64,000 nt of DNA from Podarcis erhardii. Lineage: Eukaryota. Location: assembly GCA_964252035.1 (NCBI GenBank), contig OZ176209.1, one strand, 5' to 3'. The notes under the pieces are model-generated. The model worked only from the letters and a program-made list of their open reading frames with translations. It made no database searches and was not told the origin of the DNA. The position numbers and the translations under genes are program-made. This document shows positions 11,274 through 24,583 of the stretch, piece by piece (within the stretch, counting starts at the first letter, position 1; the number at the start of each line of letters is the position of its first letter).

Positions 11274-14200
11274 GCTCCGATTACCCATCAGATTCCAATG
11301 CAGGCTTCATAGAAACAAGCTTAATTGATTCACTTCCGTTCTTACTGCTACCCTTTCATGATCTGATGCAAGTTTCCAAATTCCAGACCTGCAGAAATAA
11401 AGAATATTAATTAACAAATACCTTACAAACTGAGCACATACTAAATATAATCTTGTGCAAATATTGTAAATATTGTGAAAGCATGGAAAGAACTAAATTT
11501 GGATCAGTGGTGAAGTTGCTGCAGGTAAAAAAAGTCAAATAGCTTAAATGGGGGAAATGATGTTTATTTTAAATATTTATATTAAATAAAGGCCTTCCTT
11601 GTATGCTAGAAAATAATTGTACAGTGGGAAGGTAAAAATAATTATGGGAAGTTTTAGAAATATTCAATTAATTAACAAAATCTATGTACTGCTTAATTTT
11701 AGTAAGCCTCTAAGTAGTTTACAAGAAATATCAAAATTGTCATTTTTTAAAAAAAATAAAATAAAATTAATAGTAGAAAAAGAGATTAAAACATGTTAAC
11801 ATCTATGTATCTGGCTAGGCTTGCCTAAACAAAAATATTTGAGGCAGGAACCAAAAGGAATACAACAGTAGACAGTGAGATGCAAAATGTAGGTGCCATC
11901 ACACTAAAATATTGATTTCTTTCAACTGTTGATAATTTTGTAATTTAGATTGAGCTCTGTGATGTCATTTGCTCTTATCCCATTCCATTTGCTCTCAACT
12001 GCATATGGTCTTTCTGCCACCATTTAAATGTAGGTAACTTCCTGATACCGCCAAAACTATAGATGTCTTCTCCTACTGGGATGTTTTAGGTCCATGCTTC
12101 AGAAATGCCCTATGTACCTCATCAGAATTGTACAAGGAGACTGGCAACATGGAGAGCCTCCTTTTTGTGTTTCAAAGCTCTTTGCACTATTGCAGATGGC
12201 TTTTGAGCTGATAAGTAGGGTTCAAGATAAATGCTTTGTATTTCTGTTGTTTTTGTTTACCTCAGTACACTGTTGAGTTTCACCTTGAACAAAGCGAAAT
12301 TCTACATGCATTCTTACTGATTGTTTAGATGAGTGGGTGCCTGTTTTAATACTAGTCTTCCACTTTGTGTTCAGATGTGTTGCACCCTGATTTATTTCTT
12401 TATAAGAATGCTTATCTACCCATTGCCATAAGATTGTTCCAGTGATTTAAAAAAAAGAAAATAATTCAAGCAGAAATGGTATTCCACAACAACAACAATA
12501 ATAGTACAAAGCACTTTGGGCTTCATTTTAAAGGTGGGTGTTTTTGTGTGTGTGGTTTTTTTACACGTTTGGTTAATCCTGAAGGCAGATAAATAAAAAG
12601 GATTGTCAGATGTGGGTTGTAATAAATTTTAAATGAGTTTCATAAAAGCTACAACTAAACGTAAACCTGCCCAAACAGGGAATTTCTAAAACACACAATT
12701 CCTCCTCAGATTTTTCCGCTGCTTCCTATCATGAAAACTGTCATGTGGATTAATAATTCATTGTTCTTGAATCAGCCCTCGAGGAAAATTGACCGCAATG
12801 TCATTTCCATCTGAGTGGGGTTGTGTTTTTTTTAAGGGGGCTAAAATGGAGGTATGAATCTTCTTGCTTTGCAGAATCACCAAAACACATAGGCCAGAAC
12901 TTGGATTAATTGGCTCTTTTGCTGTGACTCTCCATCAGAGGAAGAAGACTTAAGGGGAGCTCAAAAAACTGCTAAGGCCCCCTCAGAATTTCAGCAGCTT
13001 ATTGTAACATAAGCGTTTGCAGGAAGCAAGACGCCTACAAATCACATAATGGAATGTGTCTTACACTTAACTATACTTTGGGCTTGGGACTTATGAAGTG
13101 GCTTTTCTTTGACCCTTGTTTATGCATCTCCTCTCCTGCCCTACGGTGTGGCACACGTTTAGTCTTCCTTTTTACAGCAGGCAGGGAAACGGCATGGATG
13201 ATGCGACCCGTTCAGGAACGTGAGGCAAAATGGCAGCTGCCTTGCCTCATGCTGTAGTAAAAAATATAGAAGGGAGGAATGGACAAGTTTCAGTCTTCAT
13301 AATTTCTCTCTCCCGCCATCATGTTCCCACATTAATCTGCCATTTTTTAAAAAAAGCAGCACAAAAATATATAGCTCAGTATATGAAATTCTAAACATGT
13401 TTTGACTGAAAAGAGGGGTGAGGAACCTGAGGGCCGAGTGCCGCCTCTATCTGGCTCCCAGAATTCTCCTCATTCCACACACTGTCAGTGCCCCTGCTTC
13501 TCAGCCTGGGCGTTTGGCTTCTCAGGCCTATGCCTCTTTGCTTGTTTGGCTAGAGGATAGAGAGAGGTGTGTGAATGGGTGAAACCACTAGCCTACTGCA
13601 CAAAAGTAAAATTTATATAGTTGCTCTGCCCATCTTTGCCTGTGGACCTGCTCACCAACAGCCAGGAAATATAGCCTGTGGGCTGAAAATGGATTCCCAC
13701 TCCTGTCCTAAATAGGCAATTCAAAACACATTTTGCTATATTTTGAGGAAAAACTATTGCAAAATTTGGAGAAGTGCAGTCTGAAGGATAATTTCATTCC
13801 TGTCTGCACTTTAGAGCCGTGGTTCAAGTCCTTTCACATTGGACTTCACAGAAGTCAAATTCCGCAGGCACTCCTCATTTAAAGGCATGTGCTTGGGCTG
13901 CAATCCTAAATATTTCAGCTACTTTTTAAATCCAGACAGGGAAGCTGTGCCCCCCCCCCCGGTTATAACTGGATTTAAAAGACTAATAATTTATGTATCC
14001 TCTTATTTTTCCTCCCAATGTGCTCCCTTGGAAAGTGTGTCACCTGAATGAAAAATGTGTCAATTAAAAGCCAACCTCCACAAGTCTATTAAAGAGACAG
14101 AGTCCAGAGAATGTTCTGTGATTTTAATTAAAACAGAAATGTGAGTAATTGGTTTTGTGCTGCAAACCTTTATTAATATCTTAATGAAGACTGCAGTGTT

Positions 14201-14913
14201 TGTAAGCCTCTTTCAAAAGCCCTGTTGTGTTATGTTTTGTGTCAGTTTCCAGTCCAGGTTTTGGGGACTCTTCAGTCCTCCACAGATTCAACTTTTCCTT
14301 CCACAGCAACATACCCTCCAACATTTCTCCAGTGAAAACAGGGGTGTCCTGTTCCATAATAATAATAATACCACCAATAATACTAATAATAATTTAATTC
14401 TTTATACCATGCCCATCTAAATGGGTTTCCCTAGTCACTCTGGGCAGTTTCCAACACATATAAAATAATAAAAAACATTAAACATTTTTTTAAAAAAACT
14501 TCCCTATAAAGGAATGTCTTCTAAAGGTTGTGGAGTTGTTAGTTTCCTTGGTTTAGGAGTTGTGTTTTTGTTTTGTTTATTTATTTGCAGATTTATTTAA
14601 GAGTTTTGCAACAAAAAGTTATGAAAACACCAAGCGGTGCACAGTTAAATAAGACTATAAAATGCAACGGATTACAAACTGCGTTAACAATGAAACCACT
14701 TCAGAGTATTAGAAGTAGATATCAAAAGTCACAGAGAGACAGGGGAGAAGGCCTCACTCTTCTTGTCGCTCTTGTGAAAAAGGTTATCCATCTAGGTAAC
14801 CAAGACCCAGGTCTGAATTCGGACAGAGGTGCAACTTGATCATCAGTTCATCCAAGAATGTCTGTAGCTGCTCTGCCACAAGCCACTAAATCATTTTTCC
14901 AATAAAAGGTGTA

Positions 14914-15557
14914 CAGTGGTACCTTGGTTCTCAAACTTAATCTGTTCCGGAAGTCTGTTCCAAAACCAAAGCATTCGAAAACCAAGGTGCGCTTTCCAAT
15001 AGAAAGTAATGCAAAACAGATTAATCTGTTTAAGACTTTTAAAAACAACCCCTAAAACAGCAATTTAACATGAATTTTATTATCTAACGAGACCATTGAT
15101 CTATAAAATGAAAGCAATAATCAATGTACTGTACTATAAAATAAATAAGACAGAATTGTAGATGAAAAAAAATTTTTTTTTTTATTACTTGCACTGATAG
15201 TCACTATTTCTGCAGTCACACAATCAGTCAATCAATCATTAGCTGAACTGGGTTCCACACAGTCACAAAAACAAATTAACCGAAAAAGCCTCAAAAACAA
15301 AAACGCAGAATAAATAACAAAAACAAAAGTGCCCAACTTAATCTGTTCTGGAAGTCCGTTTGACTTCCAAAATGTTCAAAAACCAAGGCGCAGCTTTTGC
15401 TTGGTGCAGACGCCCTGGAAACAATAGCCAACAGCCGCATCGGATGTTCAGCTTCTGAAAAACATTCAAAAACAGGAACACTTACTTCTGGGTTTTTAGT
15501 GCTTTGGAACCAAGACGTTTTAGTATACCAAGGTGTTTGAGAACCAAGGTACCATTG
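14914..15557. mobile_element. Tigger-like non-autonomous DNA transposon (~640 bp)
   Basis: TA|CAGTGGTACCTTGGTTCTCAAAC...GTTTGAGAACCAAGGTACCATTG|TA. Confidence 0.8.
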
Positions 15558-15636
15558 TAGTAGCAAATTATCAGTCGCTATCACTGGCCAGTTGGTCCAG
15601 GGTGGGGGTTTTTAGGAGTAGTCATACCATCTAAAG

Positions 15637-15882
15637 CAGCAGTGTCCAAACTTTTTTCAAAGAGGGCCAGATTTGATGAAGTGAAGGGCTGTAGGGGCCG
15701 ACCAAAGGGCCAACCCAAATTGTTGACCTTTTTTAAGGATTGAAGTTGTTGAGCTTCTTTTAGAATTGAAGTTGTTGAGGGTTTTTTAGAGTTTTACCCC
15801 AGGAAATAAACTGCCACAGGGGCCAGATTAAACCGATCAGTGGGCCGGATAAGGCCCCTGAAATGGACTTTGGACATGCCTG
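15637..15882. mobile_element. hAT MITE
   Basis: 8-bp TSD ATCTAAAG (15629-15636, 15883-15890); TIRs cag..tgtccaaa / tttggacatgcctg. Confidence 0.82.
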
Positions 15883-15904
15883 ATCTAAAGAATCCATGTT
15901 TCTC

Positions 15905-16212
15905 CATGCATACGTTGTTGTTGTTTAGTCGTGTCCGACTCTTCATGACCCCATGGACCAGAGCACGCCAGGTACTCCTGTTTTCCACTGCCTACCGCAG
16001 TTTGTTCGAACTCATGTTAGTAGCTTAGAGAACACTTTCCAACCATCTCGTCCTCTCTCGTCGCCTTCTCCTTGTGCCCTCAATCAGGATCTGTCCATCC
16101 AGTGAGCACTCAGGGCTGATTTCCTTAAGAATGGATAGGTTTGATCTTCTTGCATTCCATGGGACTCTCAAGAGTCTCCTCCAGCACCAGAATTCAAAAG
16201 CATCAATTCTTC
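15905..16212 (-). mobile_element. BovB (RTE) LINE 3' fragment with internal deletion
   Basis: Minus-strand translations IDAFEFWCWRRLLRVPWNARRSNLSILKEISPECSLDG and WRALVHGVMKSRTRLN match the RTE/BovB ORF C-terminus; (CAA)n-like tail. Confidence 0.9.
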
Positions 16213-16383
16213 TGTATTTTAAAGGTTTTTGGTGCATGCTTATGCACCTTCGTCTAATGTCCCCCACTCCAGTGTATCCCCCCACCACAATGCAGCTGAT
16301 GAGATAATAGGTGTCACAAGATTCCTTTGATTTAACAAATGAACCTGCTCAGTTTTCTGCATCAAAATACTGCAAATAATATA

Positions 16384-16736
16384 AAAAGGTAAAGGGACCC
16401 CTGACCATGAGGTCTAGTTGCGGACGACTCTGTGGTTTCGGCACTCATCTCACTTTACTGGTCGAGGGAGCCGGCGTACAGCTTCCAGGTCATGTGGCCA
16501 GCATGACTAAGCTGCTTCTGGCAAACCAGAGCAGCGCATGGAAATGCAGTTTACCTTCCCACTGGAGCGGTACCTATTTATCTACTTGCACTTTGATGTG
16601 CTTTCGAACTGCTTGGTTGGCAGGAGCAGGGACCAAGCAATGGGAGATCACCCTGTTGCGGGGATTCGAACCGCCGACCTTCTGATCGGCAAGCCCTAGG
16701 CTCTGTGGTTTAACCCACAGCGCCACCCACGTCCCA
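16384..16736 (-). mobile_element. Sauria SINE
   Basis: Reverse complement of the same family; near-perfect TSD TGCA(A/T)ATAATATA (16371-16383, 16738-16750). Confidence 0.85.
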
Positions 16737-19014
16737 TTGCATATAATATAGTAATTTGTTTGTTTGTTTGTTTATTAAATAAAGTAAACTATCATTGGAG
16801 CCTCATCCTGTTTTCAGTATATACTGTATATAACCCCACCACCACCAAACATCAGCCAGCTGTTGATGTTAGCAAACAAAGCAACTTGAATGCCAAGCCA
16901 AATCCCCAAACCAGCATTTCTGAAAGAGCCTGAGCTAACACAAGATACTGAAACATGGCCTGGAGTTTAATAAACTTGAAGTCTAGGGAGTAAATTCCAG
17001 AGCTGAGAAAATGCTGCCCTCAACCTCAGTTATGTGCAATTCTAGAGTCTGTCAGTTCAAGCACAGTAGAAGCTTTCAGTGTCTGTACTTCAAAGAGGCA
17101 GGGAGGAAGATTAAATGCTTGAAAGACAGAATTAGGGTGCATGCAGATGTACATGAGAACAAGAGTGTGTGTAGATATTTTGGTTATGAAGTGAGCACTG
17201 TTTTCTCTGCCTTCTGTGAAAACATATGTGCAGTCTTTGGATCAGATCCTGATTTCCTATTCTGGTTTGTCCCCCTGCCATTCCCCACTTCAAGCACTGT
17301 TTGTATATATCCTTCTGATTTTTAAATATTTTTATATTTATATTTTATATTTATAACCCCAGCCCTTCTGCTAAGATGCTCAGTGCACAACTATGTCTTT
17401 ACAGTGAAATGGATTAGGCTGAGGGGATAGTGATAGTGACTTATCGAGTGAGCCTCACCTCACAATTGAACCAGGATTTGACCTGACTCCCTTGACCAAA
17501 GCAAAAGAAAAAAATAAAATCTAACCACATAAATTATAGTCACAGCTGTGAATGCTTAAATTGCATTGAAACCACTAAGAAATAAGCAAGACACTTAACC
17601 TTTGTTGAATTCAGTGATTGTTCTTTGTCCTGGTTTGTTGCTTCAAGCAACAACAAAAAAGGAAGCTTTTATCCTGAATAATTTAATCATTGTGACCTGC
17701 CACAGATACATTTTCAGTATAGTCCCAGCAGTGATGTCTCATTAATCATATATTTCTCAGTCATTTTTCTGAATGCTTCAGCTGATATTGTACCAAAAAT
17801 GGACACTAGGGCCTGGAAGTTGGGGATTCATTTGTTAAAAGTGTGTTCAGTACTTTCAATTAAAGATAGATATCAGAATTCAGTTTCAGGAAAGAAATTG
17901 AGACTGACACTCAATATGTTTGACCTTGAGGAGAAGAATTGGGTTGCATTACGTGCTCAGGTTTCATATTCGTACACTATATTGGATGGTTGTGAAGCTT
18001 AGAAATGAGGATTTAAAGAAGGATTATTAATGTAGTTGAATATGTCTTGCACTGTATGGCTTGTATTCATTCTTCCAATGTGTGACACAAAGCTTGCTAC
18101 TTCCATGCAAAATTGCTTCCCTGAATGACCAGGCAGTGTTTAAGAAGGCTTAACGAACTGGAAAAGGCATGGCTCACAGCACCCGTGTCACAACCTATAA
18201 TGGAAGGTGTCTGTCTTGGACAGACTAGATGAGTCTCTTACCTACAGCATCCACAAAGTCAGGCTTCTATCCTTTTGCAAAACTTCATCAGGCAAGGAGT
18301 CTTTCACACAGCTACTCTGACAGCATCACCATTTGGTTTTCTGATAGATGCTTTGTTGTGCAAAAAATAAAAATACTTTTTTTAAAAAAATGGAAAAAGA
18401 ATATATAATATAAAGCAAGTGTCCATCTTGCTGATGCGTCTTTCAGTTTGCTGCTGGTGTAGCATTTTCCTGCAACTCAATTATTCTGCAGCCAAGCAAA
18501 GCTGAGCAGAGTATGAAGTGCAGGTGTCTGTTTGCAATGAGGGAAACATTTGGGAAGGCCGAGCCAGGTGCCAGATATGATGTCTCCCTGCCTGACTGTC
18601 TGTCTCATTTGCATCCCACCTTTTCTTCAAAGTACTCAAAATGCCTTATGTGAGGAGTTATCCATTTCATCCTAATGCAACCTTTTGAGCCTGAGAGACA
18701 GTTGAATCTGATTGCTTGATATACTTATTGAATTGGTTTTTGTAGGTTTTTACACCTGCCAATAATCCATCTTCATTCCTCTCACGCCAATATTTCATTA
18801 TTACTCAGACTTCATTGTAAAATGTCTCCCAGTGCTGAAAAAAAAAGAAACATCTCTTTAAGCCACCTCACATCTAATAGTGCTTCTTCTCTTTCCTTTC
18901 CTTCTTTTACAGTCACAGAATATGGTCATTTATGAGTTTACAGATGATGTGCTAACTCAGAGATTGTGTAATGTGGGTGTCTGAACACAGCAGGGGTCTG
19001 TGGTTGGTTTGGGC

Positions 19015-19259
19015 CATGGGTAGGCAAACTAAGGCCCGGGGGCCGGATCCGGCCCAATCGCCTTCTAAATCCGGCCCGCAGATGGTCCGGGAATCAGTGT
19101 GTTTTTACATGAGTAGAATGTATGCTTTTATTTAAAATGCATCTTTGGGTTATTTGTGGGGCATAGGACTTCATTCATCCCCCCCCTTATAGTCCAGCCC
19201 CCTACAAGGTTTGAGGGACAGTGGACCAGCCCCCTGCTGAAAAAGTTTGCTGACCCCTA
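19015..19259 (+). mobile_element. hAT (Charlie-like) MITE
   Basis: 8-bp TSD GTTTGGGC (19007-19014, 19260-19267); catgggtaggcaaact...agtttgctgaccccta. Confidence 0.85.
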
Positions 19260-19992
19260 GTTTGGGCACTCGTAATATAGCCTGATCATTATCATCCTTT
19301 TCATTTAAGAAGACTGGTCTTAATATTGTTCCCTGTTCTGTGCTGTCCTCTCCTGTTGTTTGAACTTTTGGAAGGTTTTAAAACCTGAAGCATTGCTCAT
19401 GAGAATTAATCCAGGAAGTATCCCCCCCACCCCGCATAATTACCCTACAAAAATGTAGGTCTTCCTTCCTTCCACTGACACACTTCCCAAGTCTTCAGGG
19501 ATTTATTTCAAGGGCTTCAAACAGCTTCTGAACAAACTATTAAAAGCAGGGTTCAGAGAAAGCTAAGTGCACTTAAGCCCTATTGAAATCAATGGAACAT
19601 TAGCACACCAGTTAGAGTGCTTATATCCAATTGATTTCATTTAATTTTGTCTGAATTGTGCCCTAAGGCTAGAATGATAGTTTTAAAGAACATGATATTG
19701 TTTCCCATGGTGCATTTCTTTTGCCCCACTGTCACCTCTGTTTAAACAGGTTTTGCATGTTTTTAAGGCACTATAAGAACCTGGTTAACAATGATAATAG
19801 TGAGATGAAAGTTCATATGTGAGCAATCATGCCTCTGTCAATCCACATTCAATGCTCTGAAAGAAGTGGTTCTCTGTCTCTAGCCTTAGAAAGGTATTCT
19901 AATAATATGCACTTTACAGCCCAGTCTTAAGCGAAGCCAAAATGTTTGGACATTTCAGTCTTTGAGTTAGTAAGGATGAGTTTACATGATTA

Positions 19993-20234
19993 CAGTGGTA
20001 CCTCGGGTTACATACACTTCAGGTTACAGACGCTTCAGGTTACAGACTCCGCTAACCCAGAAATAGTGTTTCAGGTTAAGAAATTTGCTTCAGGATGAGA
20101 ACAGAAATCTTGCTCCGGCGGCGTGGCGGCAGCAGGAGGCCCCATTAGCTAAAATGGTGCTTCAGGTTAAGAACAGTTTCAGGTTAAGAACGGACCTCTG
20201 GAACAAATTAAGTACTTAACCCGAGGTACCACTG
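19993..20234 (+). mobile_element. Tigger-like MITE (~240-bp family)
   Basis: TA TSD; TIR CAGTGGTACCTCGGGTTA / TAACCCGAGGTACCACTG. Confidence 0.88.
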
Positions 20235-22344
20235 TACTGGGCTATATAAATATGAATTTGTATAATTCAGATTTTAATGCCCAAGTGATGCAAGTCTAAT
20301 ATCTGAAGTGCCTCCTCACACATTTAGCTGCCTGGTTGCTAAGATCAGCAATTGAGGCCTTGTTGGCAGTGATACTGCTTTCCGTGGTTTGAGGGACAGT
20401 GGTACATGAGAGAGTCTCCTCTGTGGTGGCTCCCAGGCTGTGGAATAACCTCTCTGAGTTGCATCTTGGGCTACCATATACTTTTTGACAATTTGCTAGG
20501 ACAAAAGGGGGGGGTGCATTTGAAATATACCCTATCTAGTCCTATGCTTGTGTTCATTGAAGACAATCTTACTCGGCTGCGAGTCATCACCAAAGAAGAA
20601 GAAGCTAGTCTGAGCCCTCTAGTCAACAGATTATAAAGTTATTCAGCTCATTCAGACAATCATATCTTGCCTTTATAATTTAAGGTATGAACAAACCTTC
20701 TGTCTATGCATGCATCACCTTCTATCCCCTCTCCCTTTTGGCAAACCACAATTAAACCCACAAGTCTTCAACTAACATAATTTTCCATTTTGTTCAAACC
20801 AGGAAATGATGGCTACCAATTCAGAACAAGCTAGGATCTTCAGCCACAGTTTACTGGTTCAGATGTTATGGGGAACTATGGTAAATTAAAGGCTCCTGAT
20901 TTTTAATCCCAGTGAGAGGAGAGGAGGGAAGGGGCTTCCTAGGCAGATACAAAGTTGAGATATCTTCTGAACTAAACCATTTACAGTTGTTGCCACACAA
21001 CCCCACCTGTAGTGGTTTTGAACACTGCAATGGAGATTAAGCAAAATATCTAATTAGTTGATCACCTCCTCTCTTTCTTTTTTAAAAAAAGAGAAACAGC
21101 TGCAGAAATGTACCGTAATACTCAATTTTGCTCCTACAGTGATAGAACATTCTCCAGCCGGTGAAGGATACAGTAAAATGTCATTGGCTTACTTCATCAC
21201 AATGTAATACCCACACAGGACGCTTGTAGAGAATGTAGTTCATTTGGTGAAAGATTTTACAGGGCTCGAGGATGGCCAAGCCAATTAATTCCCCACAATT
21301 TAGATTTAAAGCCCACAGTTGGTTTTGTTGAACCTCAGTACACTTTTTGGATGTCCTTTTCTTCTTACCGGGTCATAGCACTTAGCTGACTGCAAAAGCC
21401 AAAGCACAGTATGTTAAGTATTTCTGCTTCTTTGTTTCTCACCATTCCCATGTCAGTGATCTGATAAAAGTCCTTTGACATATATAATGAATGATTCCTT
21501 TTGTGCCCTTATCTCATTTGCCCTTTTCCTGTGCCTGCTCCTCTCCCTCAATTTTATTTCCCATCATGGCTCCAAGAATATAATTTAAAAGCTCTCCCTT
21601 GATCTTAAAAAAAAGTAAAGCAGATTAAATTATTTTTGAAAAGCATTCCAGCCTTGCTTTTCCTTCCCAGTCTGCAGCATCTCAAAAGTCAAGCTCTGCA
21701 ACCACTTCTGCATCCCCTCCCCCTTTTTTTTTGCTCTGACAGATTATGCTGGTGTTTGAGGAACTGAAAATAAATGCAATGCCATAATGCATTTAACAAT
21801 GGATTGCAAAATAGACAGCATGCCCAAACCAGCTTTAATGGAGTGGTGTTAAGTAGACCCCTGCCAAAAGTCACTATTTTCAAGGGCTTATTCTTCATGC
21901 TTTCAGAACTCTGCAGCATGAGAGCACAATAGTGTGTTGCGCTTCCACACTGGTGGTGAAAATATGAGATGACAGATTCTCAGTAAGCATAGGATATAGG
22001 CGGAATGTGACATATTTGAAGCAATGACCTGGATCAAAAGACCTGTGGAACTAGTTCCATGTGCCCAAGTGGGGTTTAGACAGCCCCCTGCCCCAAATTC
22101 CAGATGGCAAACCTCTTTTGAAACTGAGAGGACAGTCAAAAGTAGTTTGTGACATGGCACAGGAATCTTAAAAGCACCCAAGGGGAATACCCAAGCTGTT
22201 TGGATTATAGCCAACATTTTAGGCAATGTTACATGAGGAATGTGCCCAGGATTGTCTTGCACATAGGCTAAAAACCTCTGTAATGAGACAGGGGTGTCAT
22301 TTTTTGTCCTTTCCCATCCACTAATATTGGCACAATGTGTAATA

Positions 22345-23273
22345 TTGTAAAAAGAGGTCCTATGGCTGGGTCGGGATGGCATGGGGATGAGGGACCAACT
22401 CCCTTCTCTTGTGGGGCCCCAATTAGTGCCATTGTCTTCCGTTAAGAGTTTGGGTGTAATCCTTGACGCCTCCCTTTCCATGGAGGTGCAGGTTACAGCA
22501 ACAGCCAAGGCAACATTTTTCCACCTTCGCCGCATCAAGCAGTTGGTCCCTTACCTTTCCCGCCCCAACCTGGCCACAGTGATCCATGCGACGGTCATCT
22601 CCAGGCTTGACTACTCCAGGCTTGACTACTCCGGGGCTGCCCTTGAAGCTGTCCCAGAAACTCCAGCAGGTACAGAATGCTGCAGCGAGGCTCCTCACGG
22701 GGTCTCTGCCATGGGAGCATAGTCACCCAGTGCTTTTCAAGCTGCACTGGCTCCCGGTGGAGTACAGGGTCAGATTTAAGGTGCTGCTTTTGACCTTTAA
22801 AGCCCTTCATGGCCTAGGACCCTTGTACCTAAGGGGCCGCCTCTCCCGGTATGCCCCACGGAGAGCCTCAAGGTCCATAAATAGCAGCACCCTAGTGGTC
22901 CCGGGCCCTAAGGAAGTTAGATTGGCTTCAACCAGAGCCAGGGCCTTTTCAACTCTGGCTCCGGCCTGGTGGAACGCTCTGCCTCATGAGACCAGGGCCC
23001 TGCAGGATCTGATTTCTTTCCGCAGGGCCTGTAAGACAGAGTTGTTCCGCCTGGCCTTTGGCTTGGAGCCAATTTGATTCCCTCCCTCTCTTTCTTTTTT
23101 TCCTTTCCTTCTCCTCCTGCGATGAGGCTAAATTTTAATATTTTAATATTTCAATATTTTAATGTTGTATTTTAATTTTGTTTTTAAGTTGTAATCATTC
23201 AACTTGTTTTTATTATTGCTTGTAAGCCGCTCTGAGCCTGGCCTTGGCTGGGGAGGGCGGGGTATAAATAAAA

Positions 23274-23313
<40 letters not shown>
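22345..23313 (+). mobile_element. L2 LINE 3' portion (RT C-terminus, 3'UTR, (TAT)n tail)
   Basis: VKSLGVILDASLSM..SRLDY..LQQVQNAAARLL..LHWLPVEYRVRFKVLLLTFKALHGLGPLYL..AFSTLAPAWWNALP; (TAT)n at ~23275-23313. Confidence 0.9.
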
Positions 23314-23314
<1 letters not shown>

Positions 23315-24583
23315 GCCTACCTAGTAAAACAAAAACAAAAAACTAGGAGTCACTTTTTAAATTATAATTTCATGTTCCCTTAAGTCAGCTCTATTTAGGG
23401 CTATAAAAAGGCATTGATTTCTATTCTGACCTGTGTTAGTCATATGCAGCACTGTTCCATAATTATTTATTATTCCACACCATTCATTTTAGTTCAAAGG
23501 TAATTCATTTCAATACAAAGGAAACACAATACAAATTTGGGATGGGGTGGTGGGATCACCACTTATCATTTGTGGACTGAAACAGACAAAAAACAAACAA
23601 CAACAATGGTGAATACTGATAGTATTTTCTGAAATGATTTCCATTCCAGACTTGGGATGAATGTTGGTAGTTCTGTGGGCCCTAGGGCTTCACAGCAGAA
23701 AGAGCTAACAAAGGGTTACTTCTGCACCCTTCAGTGTGCTTTTTCTCCTCATGTTCTAATCTGCTTTGCACTTACTGCGATTCAGATCAGGACTGGTTTT
23801 TTAAAAAATGAAGTTAAGTTGATCGAATGGAATAAATTGTTTAAAATTGATTGATTAAATTTGATTTTCAAGTAATTAATTTGATTGTAAGTGGCTACCC
23901 CAAATCAACTGATGCAGTGATTATTTGGCAGTGATCGTGATTGCTCTTAAATGCAGTTACACAAAATCTGAATTTACTGACATCCCTAGCTCTATTCTCT
24001 TCTTCCAAAAAAAATCTACCGCAACACCCGCTTTATTGTTCCCTGTCATCAGTGCAAAGCAAAGACTCCATTGATCACCAAGCTACATGTCAGGATGTTA
24101 CATCATTCCTTCCCCTGCCTTTTTTTTTCAAGGAACAGTTGCCACTGGAGACTGAAATTGGGTAGAGAGGCACTGAGGAGAGGGGCTGCCTAATCCTTTC
24201 CCTTCCTTCCATGTATCTGCTTAAAACCACCCCACTCCGCTGCTTTCCCCTTTTCCTGTGGGAGAAAAGATCCAAGGTCCCAGCAGGTGGGAAAGAACTG
24301 GGGAGAGGGTGATGTGATAGGACAAGAAGAAGGAAGGAGAAGAATTGAGCAGCCCCTCTCCTAACTCATCCTTTGTTCCCAGTTTTGGGCTACTTTAAAA
24401 AAGAAGCTAAAATGAAAAGAATCACATCATCCAGCCTTTACAACACAGTATGAGTAATTGTTAGGCAATGCCAAAAACAAGGCTCGCCCCTTGGAGAAAA
24501 GAGATATCGTATAGCTGTATTAGCGTGAATTTACGTCCACATGCTTGTTCACTGACTTAATGTTTTCACTGTGCATTTTGCAG

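Noticed and set aside
21903-23077. 211, 113 and 163-aa ORFs as host genes
   Set aside because: They are the L2 RT remnant and its antisense shadow
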